Assembly (NCBI GenBank): GCA_051313645.2
Contig: JBNRSN020000006.1
Location: forward strand, 40,610,001-40,674,000
DNA: 64,000 nucleotides
From: Centroscyllium fabricii
Lineage: Eukaryota
Direction of reading: 5' to 3'
Shown here piece by piece: positions 1 to 12,109 of this stretch. Within the stretch, counting starts at the first letter, position 1, and each line of letters opens with the position of its first letter. A program made the position numbers and the translations under genes. The notes below the pieces were generated by a model. The model made no database searches. It was not told the DNA's origin and saw only the letters and a list, made by a program, of their open reading frames with translations.

Positions 1-523
1 GACACTAATGGCTTGCTGACTATCATTCAAGCAGCTGCAGCAGAAGTCATCCCTGGGCTCCAGCCTTCATGAGGACTAACTGTATCCCTAGGGTGTACAA
101 GATCAGTGGGAAAAAAGCTGTCACAAACTCATCTTGTAGCTGCTTTGACAGATAGCTCCTCAGTAGCTATCAATGAAATGGCTCTGCTGGAGCAGGCAGC
201 CATTGAAACAAACAGCAGCTGTCACTCAATCTTTGTGGTTTTCAAGTAGGCATTGTGATGTCACAGAGCTCTATCACAATCCTTTGAAACAGCAGCTATC
301 ACTCAATCTCTGTGGTTTCAGTATGCTAACGGCTCTGCTGTCTAAACAGCTGTCCGACTTTCTGTTTGGAAACAGTCCAGTAGCAAGGGCTCCCACACAC
401 AAGGATTAAATTGACCAATTAAGCCAAAATTGCGTGGATCTCCCAGACCCTTCAGAAAACGTGAAGAAAACCTGACCTGCGGGAAATCCACCAATTCCCC
501 ACACCTTGAAGAAAATTGACCCC
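1..523. mobile_element. Right part of a PIF/Harbinger-type MITE (runs off window start)
   Basis: Ends in GAAAATTGACCCC. Colinear with 18773-19769, whose complete copy has GGGGTCAATTTTCC...GGAAAGTTGACCCC terminal inverted repeats. Confidence 0.75.
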
Positions 524-532
524 AATGACTCA

Positions 533-905
533 GCATCACCAGCCCTTTGGGGCAGAGAATTCCAAAGATTCACAACCCTCTGAGTGAAGACATTCTTCCT
601 CATTTCAGTCTTAAAAGACTGACCCCTTGGCCTGAAACAATCTCTGAGCTTCTATCCTGTCAATCCCCCTCACATTCTTGTAAACTCCAGAGCATATAGG
701 CCCAATCTACTCAATCTCTCCTCATAGGACAACCCTCTCATCCTAGGAATCAATCTAGTGAACCTTTGTTGCACCACCTCTAAGACAAGTGTATCCTTCC
801 TTAGATAAGGAGACCAAAACTATGCACAGTGCTCCAGGTGTGGTCTCATCAAAGCCCTGTACAATTGTAGCAAAATTTCCTTAGGATTGTACTCCATCCC
901 CCTTG
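533..905 (-). mobile_element. CR1 LINE ORF2 3' fragment
   Basis: Translates to RKNVFTQRVVNLWNSLPQ, the typical CR1 ORF2 C-terminal motif; decayed. Confidence 0.85.
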
Positions 906-909
906 CAAT

Positions 910-2872
910 AAACATAGAAGATAGAAACATAGAAGATAGGAGCAGGAGTAGGCCATTCGGCCCCTCGAGCCTGCTTCCGCCATTCAATGAGATCATGACT
1001 GATCATCCAAATTCAGTACCCGGTCCCTGCCTTCCGCCCATATCCCTTGATCCCTTTAGCCTTAAGGAATATATCCAACTCCTTCTTGAATATATTTAAT
1101 GAACTGGCCTCCACCGCCCTCTGTGGCAGAGAATTCCACAGGTTCACCACTCTCTGGGTGAAGAAATTCCTCCTCATCTCAGTCCTAAATGGCTGAACCC
1201 TTATCCTTAGACTGTGACCCCTGGTACTGGACTCCTCGGCCATCGGGAACATCTCTCCTGCATCTAGTCTGTCCAGGCCTGACAGAATTTTATAGGTTTT
1301 GATGAGATCCCCACTCAAGTGCGTATAAGCCCAATCAACACAATCTCTCCTCATACTTCATTCCTGCCATCCCAGGTATCAGCCTGGTGAACCTTCGCTG
1401 CACTCCTTCAATGGCAAGAAAATCCTTCCTCAGATAAGGCGACCAAAACTGCACACAATACTCAAGGTGTGGTCTCACCAAGGCCCTGTACAGCTGCAGC
1501 AAGACATCCTTGTTCCTATACTCAAACCCTCTTGCTACGAAGGCCAACATACCATTTGCCTTCTTAACCATCTGCTGCCCCTGCATGCTTACCTTCAGTG
1601 ACTGGTGCACAAGAACACCCAGGTCTCATTGCACTTCCCCTTCTCCCAATCTATTGCCATTCAAATAATTATCTGCCTTCCTGTTTTTTCCACCAAAGTG
1701 GATAACCTCACATTTATCCACATTATAGTGCATTTGCCATGTTTCTGCCCAATCACCCAACCGGTCCAGATCATACTGGAGTTTCACGACATCCTCCTCA
1801 CAGCATACCCTCGCACCCAGCTTTGTGTCATCTGCAAATTTGGAGATGCTACATCTAGTTCCCTCATCCAGATCATTAATATTTATTGTGAACAGCTGAT
1901 CCTTGCGGTACCCCACTAGTCACTGCCTGCCACTCGGAAAAAGACCCGGTTATTCCTACTCTTTGCTTTCTATCTGCCAACCAGTTCTCTATCCAAGTCA
2001 ATACCTTGCCCCCAGTCCCATGTGCCTTAATTTTGCACGCTAATCTCTTATGCAGGACCTTATCGAAAGCCTTCTGAAAGTCCAAATACACCATATCCAC
2101 TGGTTCTCCCTTATCTATTCTACCGGTTACATCCTCAAAAATTCCAGTAGATTAGTCAAGCACGATTTACCTTTTGTAAATCCATGTTGACTTTGTCCGA
2201 TCCTGTCACTGCTTTCCAAGTGCTCTGCTATTACATCTTTTATAATGGACTCTAGCATTTTCCCCACTACCGATGTCAGGCTTACTGGTCTATAATTCCC
2301 TGCTTTTTCTCTACCACCTTTTTAGAATATAGGCTAACATTAGCTACCCTCCAATCCATGGGTACTGTTCCAGAGTCTATCGAGTTCTGGAAGATGACCG
2401 GCAATGCATCTACTATCTCCAGGGCCACTTCCTTAAGGACCCTAGGATGTAGATTATCAGGCCCAGGGGATTTATTGGCCTTCAATCCCATCAACTTCCC
2501 CAAAACCATTTCCCTACAAATACTGATTTCCTTCAGTTCATCCCTCTCATTAGTCCCTATGTTCCCCGACATCTCTGGGAGGTTATTTGTGTCCTCCTTT
2601 GTGAAGACAAATCCAAAATATGTATTTAATTGGTCTTCCATTTTTTTGTTCCCCATTATAAATTCCCCTGATTCTGTCTGTAAGGGACCTACACTTGACC
2701 TCACCAATCTTTTTCTCTTCACATCTCTATAAAAGCTTTTACAGTCAGTTTTTATGTTCCCTGCAAGCTTACTTTCATAATCTATTTTCACCCTCTTAAT
2801 TTATCCCTTTGTCCTCATTTGCTGAATCCTAAACTGCTCCCAATCCTCTGGTTTGCTGCTATTTTTGGCCAA
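910..2872 (-). mobile_element. 5'-truncated CR1 LINE (RT region plus 3' UTR and tail), frameshifted
   Basis: ORF pieces KSPGPDNLHPRVLKE, YLDFQKAFDKV, SKFADDTKL, LYRALVRPHLEYC, FFTQRVVNLWNSLP; 3' UTR with GGCCGAATGGCCTACTCCTGCTCC and (TTCTATGT)n-like tail. Confidence 0.93.
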
Positions 2873-3552
2873 TCAACCCAATCTCTCCTCATATGTTATT
2901 CCTGCCATCTCAGGTATCAGTCTGGTGAACCTTCGCTGAACCCCTTCCATGGCAAGAACATCCTTCCTCAGATAAGGCGACCAAAGCTGCACACAGTACT
3001 CAAGGTGTGGTCTCACCAAGGCCCTGTACAACTGCAGCAGGACATCCTTGTTCTTATACTCAAACCCTTTCGCTATGAAGGCCAACATACCATTTGCCTT
3101 CTTCACTGCCTGCTGTACCTGCATGCTTACCTTCTCCCAATCTATTGCCATTCAGATAATAGTCTGCCTTTCTGTTTTTGACAGCAAAGTGGACAACCTC
3201 GCATTTATCCATGTTATATTACATCTGCCATGCTTCTGCCCAATCACCCAACCTGTCCAAATCATCCTGGAGTTTCTCGGTATCCTCCTCGCAGCATACA
3301 CGCCCACCCAGCTTTGTGTCGTCTACAAACTTAAAGATGTTATATTTAGTCCCCTATCTGGATCATTAATGTATATTGTGAACAGCTGGGTTCCAAGGAC
3401 CGATCCCTGTGGTACCCCACTAGTCACTGCCTGCCACTTGGAAAAAGACCTGTTAATTCCTACTCTCTGCTTTCTGTCTGCCAACCAGATCTCTATCCAA
3501 GTCAATACCTTGCCCCCAATCCCATGTGCCTTAACTTTACATGCTAATCTCT
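2873..3552 (-). mobile_element. Second CR1 RT fragment abutting the first, repeating ~1335-2050
   Basis: VTSGVPQGSVLG and LYRALVRPHLEYC motifs; near-identical to the neighbouring copy but with different small deletions. Confidence 0.9.
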
Positions 3553-4282
3553 CAGCCGCAATTGAATTTTTAGGCTTTATTTTTGTAAGTCTAAAAAGGA
3601 GTTGTATGTAAATTTAATGATGAATTGCTGTATTCATTTAAATTTTTTAATGTTTTTGTGAATTTGTTTCGTGCAATATATTTGACTGGTAATTTAGCCC
3701 AAACCATATTGCCTGACAGGATAATGATTTCCACCTATCAAAGAAAGCAGAGGCTCATGGCAAGCACCCTGGCTGTCTTCCAGCAACATCTTGGTAAAAG
3801 GGGCATTGCTAATCCTGTGGCACACTATCCCATTCATTCCATGCACAGTATTCGAAGTTCCAGTTCATAGAAGGTCTGGGCTTGCCTATGGAAACTGCCT
3901 TGTTGCTATGAGCACCAATAGAGTGTTAGGAAAAGGGTCAAATTGTAATAATAGCTGGCAATTTCCTTGGAGCTTCTCCGATGGTGGAGCGGAAGCAATT
4001 CTGAGGAAACTCCCAGTCAATGTATTTGTTTTCGCTGGTGGTTGATATGGTTGCGATACAAATGGCTTTTATTACATATTCCAGCGATGCCTGTCTTAAA
4101 CAATATTCCAGCAGTGGGTCACAAACTGTTGGATGTAAATGCCCTGATATTATTTAAAGGATTTTATCTGACCGGTTGTCATTTGTAAAGAATTTTCGCC
4201 ATGCCTACGGACTGATTTTTAAAATCCTAAACAATTTTAATCATGGTAAGGAATTGACTTTTAACTGGGAGTTAATACATAC

Positions 4283-4895
4283 AATTCATACAATTCAATT
4301 TATTGTCATTGTAAAGCGAACACAATACAACGAAATGCAAACATGCAATCCCCCAAAGAAACAATAGATGTTAAAATGTCCTCTCCTGTAAGTCCCAGTC
4401 TGGTCCATAACGCCCCCCTGACGGTCCCGATGCTCAGGCCACGATGCTCCAGCCCCGAGGCTCGGTCCACGCAGGCTCCAGCCCCGAGGCTCCAGCCCCG
4501 ATGCTCGGTCCTCGCAGGCTCCAGCCCCGAGGCTCCAGCCCCGATGCTCGGTCCTCGCAGGCTCCAGCCCCGAGGCTCCAGCCCCGATGCTCAGGCCACG
4601 ATGCTCCAGCCCCGAGGCTCCAGCCCCGATGCTCAGGCCACGATTCTCCAGCCCCGAGGCTCCAGCCCCGATGCTCAGGCCACGATGCTCCAGCCCCGAG
4701 GCTCGGTCCACGCAGGCTCCAGCCCCGAAGCTCCAGCCCCGATGCTCGGTCCACGCAGGCTCCAGCCCCGAGGCTCCAGCCCCGATGCTCGGTCCTCGCA
4801 GGCTCCAGCCCCGATGCTCGGTCCTCGCAGGCTCCAGCCCCGATGCTCGGTCCACGCAGGCTCCAGCCACGACGGCCTCGATGTCGTGGCACCAA
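4283..4895 (-). mobile_element. Rex1/Babar-tailed non-autonomous retroposon carrying a GC-rich VNTR
   Basis: Minus strand ends in CAATGACAATAAATTGAATTG, matching the 3' end of the Rex1 copy at 28713-28750; the body is the minisatellite at 4425-4870. Confidence 0.55.
4425..4870. repeat. GC-rich modular minisatellite (14-15 bp modules)
   Basis: Shuffled modules GCTCCAGCCCCGA(T/G), GCTCGGTCC(T/A)CGCAG and GCTCAGGCCACGAT. Confidence 0.95.
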
Positions 4896-5130
4896 GTGAG
4901 TCAACCTAACAAAAGAGATAATAAAGTTTTTCCAAATGAAACAGCAAAAGTCATTTTGGTAAAAGTCAGCCCGTGCTTAAAGCTTGTTAACTGTCTATTA
5001 TTGTCCCAAAATTCCCTGCATGCCATAACAAATTTAATTTCGGGAAAGGTTGTCCAACCTTGTAAGGACAAATCATTACCCTGAATTAAACTGCACAGAT
5101 GAATTGCTCACTTTGTACTTCTGACATTAG

Positions 5131-5229
5131 CTTTATAAGAGATTTGGACAAATTAGTCAAAATAGTGCAATGGCTGGGGAAGAAAAACTCTTAAAAGCTT
5201 TGCAAGAGCACAACAAGCTCCAGAATAAG
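5131..5229 (+). CDS. Candidate isolated coding exon (LYKRFGQISQNSAMAGEEKLLKALQEHNKLQNK), gene unknown
   Basis: 99 bp, phase 0/0, stop-free, helical-looking peptide. Preceded by CTCACTTTGTACTTCTGACATTAG and followed by GTACAA, in non-repetitive sequence. No partner exons identified. Confidence 0.3.
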
Positions 5230-5519
5230 GTACAATCTGACACTAGTGATAAGCTGGGTCACTTTGATTTTCATGGACGAGTGGCTAATCTGTTGAATTT
5301 GCTGTACGGTAACACTCATTTATACTCTTTCCCAAATTTAATGCGACATACCACTGGGGAGGTGAAGCAACTGAGGTAAAATAACACCCCAAATCATGTT
5401 TAAGCTTTAACCTAAACAGAGGTACGATTTTATTTGACACTAAATATGTTGAATGCTTCTTTTACTGAGGAATTGAATTAAACGTTTAAAAGAAACACTT
5501 GCAAGATTTGCATTTATAT

Positions 5520-5978
5520 AGCGGCCCAGGTTTTACGCACAGAACCGACAAAAGTATGAATTGGGTTCGCATTTAAAAACACACTAAATATTAAATACAT
5601 TTTTAAAAAGCATTACATAATTAAAATGAATTAAAATTCCATTTAATTAAATATTTTTTGTCAAATGTAATTTTTTAAAAATTACATGTTTTTATGGGGC
5701 TAAAAATAAACTTACCTTTTTGAAGAGTATTTTTAATTTATAAATGAGTTATCAAATTTAATTTTTCTATTTTTCAACACTCTTAAGCTGGTAAAAAGAG
5801 GCCTTATGCAGGCGTAAGAATTCTATGGCCTTTCAGCGGGCAGAAGCTGAACAAAAAGTGCAACTCCCCACCCGCGGAGGCCCTTTTCCCAGGGCAGGCA
5901 GACGATCTATCAAGAGAATTCTTGACAGGTCGCGAGTGCCAGTTTTCAGCGCATGTGTGGGGGTCGGAATATCCGGCC
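5520..5978. mobile_element. AT-rich Harbinger-type MITE remnant
   Basis: Right end GGTCGGAATATCCGGCCC resembles the end of the 60565-61325 element (GGTCGGAAATACCGGCCC); left end unclear. Confidence 0.5.
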
Positions 5979-6308
5979 CATTAGTTTCTAGTGCCCTTCC
6001 TTCAACATGCACGTCCACAGTAACACCACCCAAATATCATCGCAGGGATGCATAGCATCGAATGTTCATTTAATGCACAGCACTGTCACATTTCTGAGCA
6101 CGGTGATGCGACTTTGGCACTATTGCATTGGCGCATATGTACACTCACCAAGCACTCATGACGAATTAACCATGTGGGGGGTTACATTAAAATGTATTGT
6201 AATGAGACCAAAACAGAATGAACATTAAAAATGACCCAGGCAAAATGCAGACGGAAGTGATGATAGCAGGAGAAGTGGCTGCAACGTTCCCAGGAGAGGA
6301 AAGATAAT

Positions 6309-6600
6309 GGGCCAGAAATTAGGCCCGCAACGCGTGAGTACGGACGGGGTGCTCACGTGTGGAGCCATCGGAATTGCCGGTTTCTGGCATGCACCGCGCA
6401 TGCGCGCGAAACCGGCACTTCCGATCCTCTGAAAGAAGGGGTCAGGGGTCGGAATGCGTTCACGTGCGCGGCAGCGGGTGCGCAATGCACTTGCGATTTT
6501 TTTACAGCTTTTTATCAGCGTAAGTATTTGAAAAAGTTACGGCCGATATTTTCATGCGCAAAGGGTGGATTTCAGCAGGTAAGTCTTTAGTTCATTCAAT
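6309..6600. mobile_element. Left part of a MITE with GGGCCAGAAATT terminus
   Basis: Same terminus as the 15997, 48136 and 60565 elements; sub-terminal hairpin GCCGGTTT...AAACCGGC shared with the 33251 element. Confidence 0.55.
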
Positions 6601-7120
6601 TTACACATTTTTTTCCACGATATAAAGCTATGGAAAATGTGTTTGACTTCAGTAGCCAAAGATTGAAAGGGGGGATTGTTTAGTTGGTTAACGCCTCCCG
6701 TTCACGCCTGCAGAGGTCGGCAATGGGGCACTGATGCAATAGCGCCGGGGCGAGGCAACTCCAGCGACACACGGCAAATTTGCCCCCCACGCCCCCGGGG
6801 TTACCACCAGGGCCTTCAACACCAGGCAGATCGTGAAGTCAGTAAGCGTGCGACGCTCACTGGGCGCCCAATCTGCAAAATTGATTTTCACCACCTACCT
6901 TAGCGCCTTGCCAGCTTCAGGGACATTATTTAAAGTGATCATGAGTAATGAGTCGCAGCTGTCGGGTTAGTGGAGTTTCATTGCTTTCTTGTCAGTTTGA
7001 CATCGTGAAACAGTTTAATTCAGGAATTTAAGGTTCTTTTGTATCAGAAGTGCTGTGGTAAATAAAAATTAGTTACATTTATTCTTACAAAATATCAAGC
7101 TGCGACACTTAGTTACATTT

Positions 7121-9420
7121 ATGGGGGCTGTACTGACAGTCGACCTCACCCTCCAGGATCTATGGCAGAGGGAGCAGAGGCAGCGAGAAAGACTGGAACA
7201 TGTAGCCAAAGGGAGGAGGAGGGTCATCAGGGCTCTCAACAGGAGGCCTTACTTTCCGAGGGTATTCCGAGAGCACTTCTCCTACCTCCAGTTAAGCGAG
7301 GAGCAGTGTATTAGAAGGCTCTGCTTCACCAAGGAGGTGGTCACAGAACTCTACCACCTCATGCAACCAGACCTCCAACCTCAGATCAGATCGACCACGG
7401 CTCTCTCGGTTACAGTAAAGGTCACCTTCACCCTCAATCTCTTTGCCAGGGGGATCGTTCCAGTCTGCAACAGGAGACATAGCTAACATCTCCCAGTTCA
7501 CCTTGCATCACTGCATCCGGGAGGTCACAGTGAAGGGATAATTATTAGTCCTAGCCCCTTTAGGGCTACCCCAGATCAGGCGTATTCCTCAGACGTTCAC
7601 TTTCAACTAAAGTTAGAGGTAGCCGAATCCTAAAGACGCTTAACTGGGTCTAAAGGTCTGGACTATTTCTCCCTAAAGGAAAGGAGCAACCTGAAAATGT
7701 TACCGTCCTCCAGATAGCACTTTTAATAAGTTTAGCTAGACTGTAATGTTCCGGATATTATGAGGGTCCTGAAAACTCCCCCAAAATTCTGCAACTCCTC
7801 GCCAAAGAGTGTACAGAGATTGAGTTTGCGAGTTTGATACCGAAGTACTATGTGAGACAATTCTAAAAATATATAGATTTATTGAAGAACCGACATGTAA
7901 TTCACAGTTAGTGATTCAATCACAACATTAACAGTTCCAAAAAGAGAAAGCTTTACAATCTTATTATCAGAGATCCTTATTCTCAAATCTTAACTTTGCT
8001 ACAGTTTTACAGTTCTTAGTCTTATTCAGGATAACCACCAAAATCAAATACAGTACCTTTTGATCCCAAGGTACAAAGAGTTATAGACTTACAGAGCTGC
8101 CTCTGAAGCCTGAGAATTGCTTTGCCCCTTAACAGCGAATCTATTATCTCATTTGAGAGCTCAATATTTATACCCTTTACCAGTGGTATTCCCTTTAAGG
8201 TTTTCTGCTGATGTAAGCTAATTATCTCTAGTCATTTTTCTGCTGACTTCTGCAATTCTTAGTCACCTCAGCTGGTAGCAATACAGACTCGTGTCTCCTC
8301 TAGGTGTTCCAAGCTTACCATAAAAAATGGTGTAACAGCAGGTGCATTTTATTTGAAGTCATTTTTACTAAGCCCTTCTGTTTGTGCCTCTTTACAAAGT
8401 GTAAATTAGAACACCTTAACCGGGTTGAACCTTTGTTTCTTCCGAAAGATTCAGACTGTCAAGAGCCTTTAACCTTCTGTTTCAATAAGGTTATTGATTC
8501 AGTGTCAGCAACTATCTTATCTGAATAGCAAGAATACTACTACAGCTTTTTCAGTTAGGTTTCCAGATATCCAGACCCAGGTTGTCATATTTTAATAAGG
8601 TCAGAATTCTTTCATAGAATGGTGTATTTTTCTGAATAGATTTATGGCTTATTCCTTCACAACAGAGGCTCTCTACCGTAGGAGAAGGGACTACATTTCC
8701 TTCACCATCACCAGAGAGAAGCAGGACAAGCATGCATGTGGCTTTGCCAGGATAGGGGGATTCCCCACAGTGCAGGGCGCCACTGACTGCAACCATGTGA
8801 CTTTGCGGGCACCGCATAACAATCCTGACATCTTCCATAACCACAAAGGCTACCACTCACTTAATGTGCAGTTGGTGTGCAACCACACACCATGAATCCT
8901 CAGTGTGTATGTATGCTATCCTGGCAGCAGCCACGATGCCTTCATCCTGCGCCAGCGCTCTTCCAGCCACCACGTCAAGCTCATGTGTGGCTGCTCGGAG
9001 ACAAGAGCTATCCACTCTCCACCTGGCTCATGACTCCCCTCCACAACCCCAACACTCCTGCCCAGCACTCATATAATGACAGCCATGCTGCCACCAGGAA
9101 CATCATTGAGCAAACCATCGGGGTGCTCAAACAATGGTTCGGCTGCCTTGACCGCTCAGGAGGAGTCCTCCAGTAACTGGCTGAGCAAGTGTCCCATTTT
9201 GTGGTGGTATGCTGCATGCCCCACAACTTGACCATTATGAGGGCCCAGCCCTTGCCAGCAGGGATTGTGTGACCACCTTAGGAGGAGGAAGAGAGAGAGG
9301 AGGGGGAGGAGGAGGAAGATGAGGAGGAGGAAGAACAAGAGCGAGGGAGGAGGCAGCCACTTAATCGGCCTTCTTTAAGGATGGTCCGTGATCGCCTCAT
9401 CAGACTGTGGTTCCAATAAA
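7121..9420 (+). pseudogene. Harbinger (HARBI1-like) DDE transposase, frameshifted and split by a solo LTR
   Basis: Motifs [73 protein letters not shown] and a poly-Glu tail. EVT/EALY is rejoined when 7531-8661 is removed. Confidence 0.92.
7531..8661 (-). mobile_element. Solo LTR (~1.13 kb) inserted in the transposase
   Basis: TGAAGG...CCTTCACA ends, ACAG TSD (7527-7530 / 8662-8665), minus-strand TATAAA near 8170 and AATAAA near 7880; paralogous to 29598-32895. Confidence 0.85.
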
Positions 9421-10757
9421 TTAAGCCCCAGATACCCATTGCTCACCACATCCCCATCATTCCATCGCTGTCGCAGGCCATATCACAGCGCAAAGCTGAA
9501 ATGAGAGACACCACAAAATAATCCAAACTGAATTAATACATTTATCAATAATCAGAGAACACATATTTACAACAACAATATGAACTATTCACCCTTGTAC
9601 AATCCCTTAGTACCCCTTGTTACTGTGCCTTTTCCTGCTCTAGTGATCCTATGAAGTGTTGGCCCAGTGGCTGCAGCACGGCTGGTGGAAGGCTACTGAG
9701 TGACCGTGCGGGAGACTTCAGATGGTCTTGCAGGACATCCTCGACCAGCTCTGGACCTGGAAGGCCAGGCTGTAGACTGCACCACCTCAGCATGGGCGGC
9801 AGCAGTCTGGGCTGGCTGGATGACAGGCAGTGACAAGAGCAATGGCAGAGTGGTTGTGGTAAGAGCAGGAATGCTGTCATCCTGAGAGAGGACAGCAGGT
9901 TCCTGCTCCACTGCCCCACTGCCTCTCCCCTGGGGCAGCACCTCAGCATCCCTAGCAATCTGTTGGAGCACAGATTGCTGGCCTGCTGCGACACCGTGAA
10001 AGCCCCAGTTGACGGTAGTAGACCCAGCCATGATGGCAGCAGTCCGAGCTTAAGTGGCATCAAGCTGGCACTGCATGAGAGCAGTCTGAGATTGGATGCC
10101 ACCAAGCATCGACTGGTGTGCCTTGACTGCTCGGGAGGAGCCCTCCAGTAGTCACCAGAGCAGGTGTCCCATTTCGTGGTGGTCTGCTGCATGCTCAACA
10201 GCTTGACCATCATGAAGGTGCAGCCCTTGCCAGCAGTGATTGCATGACCACCTCAGGAGGAGGACAAGGCAGAGGAGGATGAGGATGAGAAGGAGGATGA
10301 GGAGGAAGAGGAACAGGAGGGAGGGAGGAGGCAGAAAGACAATCGGCCTTCTGGACAGGCTGTCCATGACCGGCTCATCAGATTCTGATTCACATGAATG
10401 AAACCCCAGATCCCTGTAGCTCACCACATCCCCATGATACCATCCCTGTCTCATGCCATATCACAGCATCCTCCTGGGCACTAAGGTGAAATGAAAGAGA
10501 CCACAAAATATTCCAAAGACCATTAATAAATGTATCTATAAACATATCACACATATCACATGAATTCTAATAATTAATTACCCTTGTGCCTGCCATAGTT
10601 GAATAGCCTGCATTGTCTGCAAGGTCTGAGATGTGGGTGTGAGTGCTGGTAGGTAGAGATTGTTGTTGGGTGAGTGCTGGGGGTGTGGTGCTTTAAGCAA
10701 TGTGTGAAGCTTGTGGTTCAGATGGTGGTATGTAGAATTGTTGAAGCATTGACTCAC

Positions 10758-10983
10758 CCTGACCACCCGAGTGAGGCCATTAAACTTCTTCCTGCACTGT
10801 GTGTGGGTCCTGGGGACCACAGTACTGCCTGAGACGTGCTGGGCTACCTCCCTCCACATGGTGCGGAAGACGTGCGGCGAGAGCCTCCTGCCACTTGCTC
10901 CGTCTCTCCACAGCGAACACCAACGCCTCCAATGTGTGATCGCAGAATCTGCAGGCTCTCTCCCTGCGGCGTGGATCTGCCAT
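10758..10983 (-). pseudogene. Myb/SANT (trihelix-type) DNA-binding protein exon of the Harbinger element
   Basis: MADPRRRERACRFCDHTLEALVFAVERR, frameshift, then WREVAQHVSGSTVVPRTHTQCRKKFNGLTRVVR followed by a GTGAGT splice donor. Confidence 0.85.
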
Positions 10984-11342
10984 CCGTACAGCTGCTTCAG
11001 TCCTCCGGCTCCTTCTGCTTGACCTGCTGCTGCTTGCTGAGGCAGCTGCACAGCCAGCAATGCTGAGCATGAGGTTCTGTAGCATCAATGAACCTCCTCT
11101 TTAAGAACTGGGAAAAGCCTGTGGCAATGATGACTTGCGATTAGACTGCACCTGATATTGGTCCACCCTTTGAGAGTAATGCCAATGAGCTTGGGTTTTA
11201 AGGCTTGAATTGGTGCCCCAATCATTTCTTTGAGCAATGAGACTTAATCTTGCATGCAGTCTACAGCATTATCGCCTGGTACTAGTTCTCCAGCTTTTCT
11301 CATTTTACTGCTCATTCCTGGGCTATAAGGAATTTCTAGCCC

Positions 11343-11555
11343 AAAGTGTCTCTCAATCTCAGTTTTGGTCAATTGACTAATTCAAAACTGAGACTGATAG
11401 ATTTTTGTTAGGCAAGGGTATTAAGAGTTATGGAACCAAGGCGGGTAAATAGAGTTAAGATACAGATCTGTCATGATCTAATTGAATGGCGGAACATGCT
11501 CGAGGGGCTGAATGGCCTACTCCTGCTCCTGTGTTCCTCTGTCCTTATGTTCCTG
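11343..11555 (+). mobile_element. CR1 3' end
   Basis: ATTGAATGGCGGAAC...GAATGGCCTACTCCTGCTCCT 3' UTR motif and tail. Confidence 0.8.
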
Positions 11556-12109
11556 CAAAACTGTGGCTAATATTGGCTTGAAAGTCAAGCTCTGAAAGGG
11601 AAAATAATCTAGCTTGTAGGGGGGTGTTTCTAATTGCTTTGGCCAGTCGGTTATGTCTCCGGCTGCCTTATCTCTGAGCAGTTCAAATCGCTCCCCCCTT
11701 AGTTCTGACCCCTGGGCTTATTGGCAGATAGCGATATAGACAAACGAGCCCGAGCAGACCAGTGGTTTGTTGCAAAGAAGACCAACGTTTTGTTACTAGA
11801 GAAGAACAAGATAATAATTCTATACACAGGATAATATGGATGCAGTACGCTTACACTTAACAGGGGAGGAGAAACAGCACATTGAGGGAAAATGGCTAAA
11901 ATGACAATTTAGCAACCCCCTTAATAATAATTCAACTTTTATTGTCATTATACAATGTACAAGTACATGAACAACGAAATGTGATCTTGCAAGCTCCCAA
12001 GAGTCCAGCAAAGCCGCTGCGTATTGTGCGCGCCGCCATTCCATCTTTTCCATCATTCCGATAATCTTCAGCCAACCACCCCGCCCCGGGGCTCCTTTCG
12101 TGACCTTCT

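Larger units (their letters stand above)
6669..11342. mobile_element. Decayed full-length PIF/Harbinger DNA transposon (transposase plus Myb/SANT gene, convergent)
   Basis: GGG...CCC ends with AAA on both flanks (3-bp TSD); DDE transposase on +, Myb/SANT protein on -. The left end is homologous to the left ends of the MITEs at 24402, 29640 and 50497. Confidence 0.85.

Noticed and set aside
4295-5084. Five overlapping 150-190 aa ORFs
   Set aside because: They are by-products of a stop-poor GC-rich minisatellite read in several frames.
7121-9420. Domesticated HARBI1 host gene
   Set aside because: Frameshifts, stops, an LTR insertion, TIR/TSD and a linked Myb ORF show a decayed transposon.
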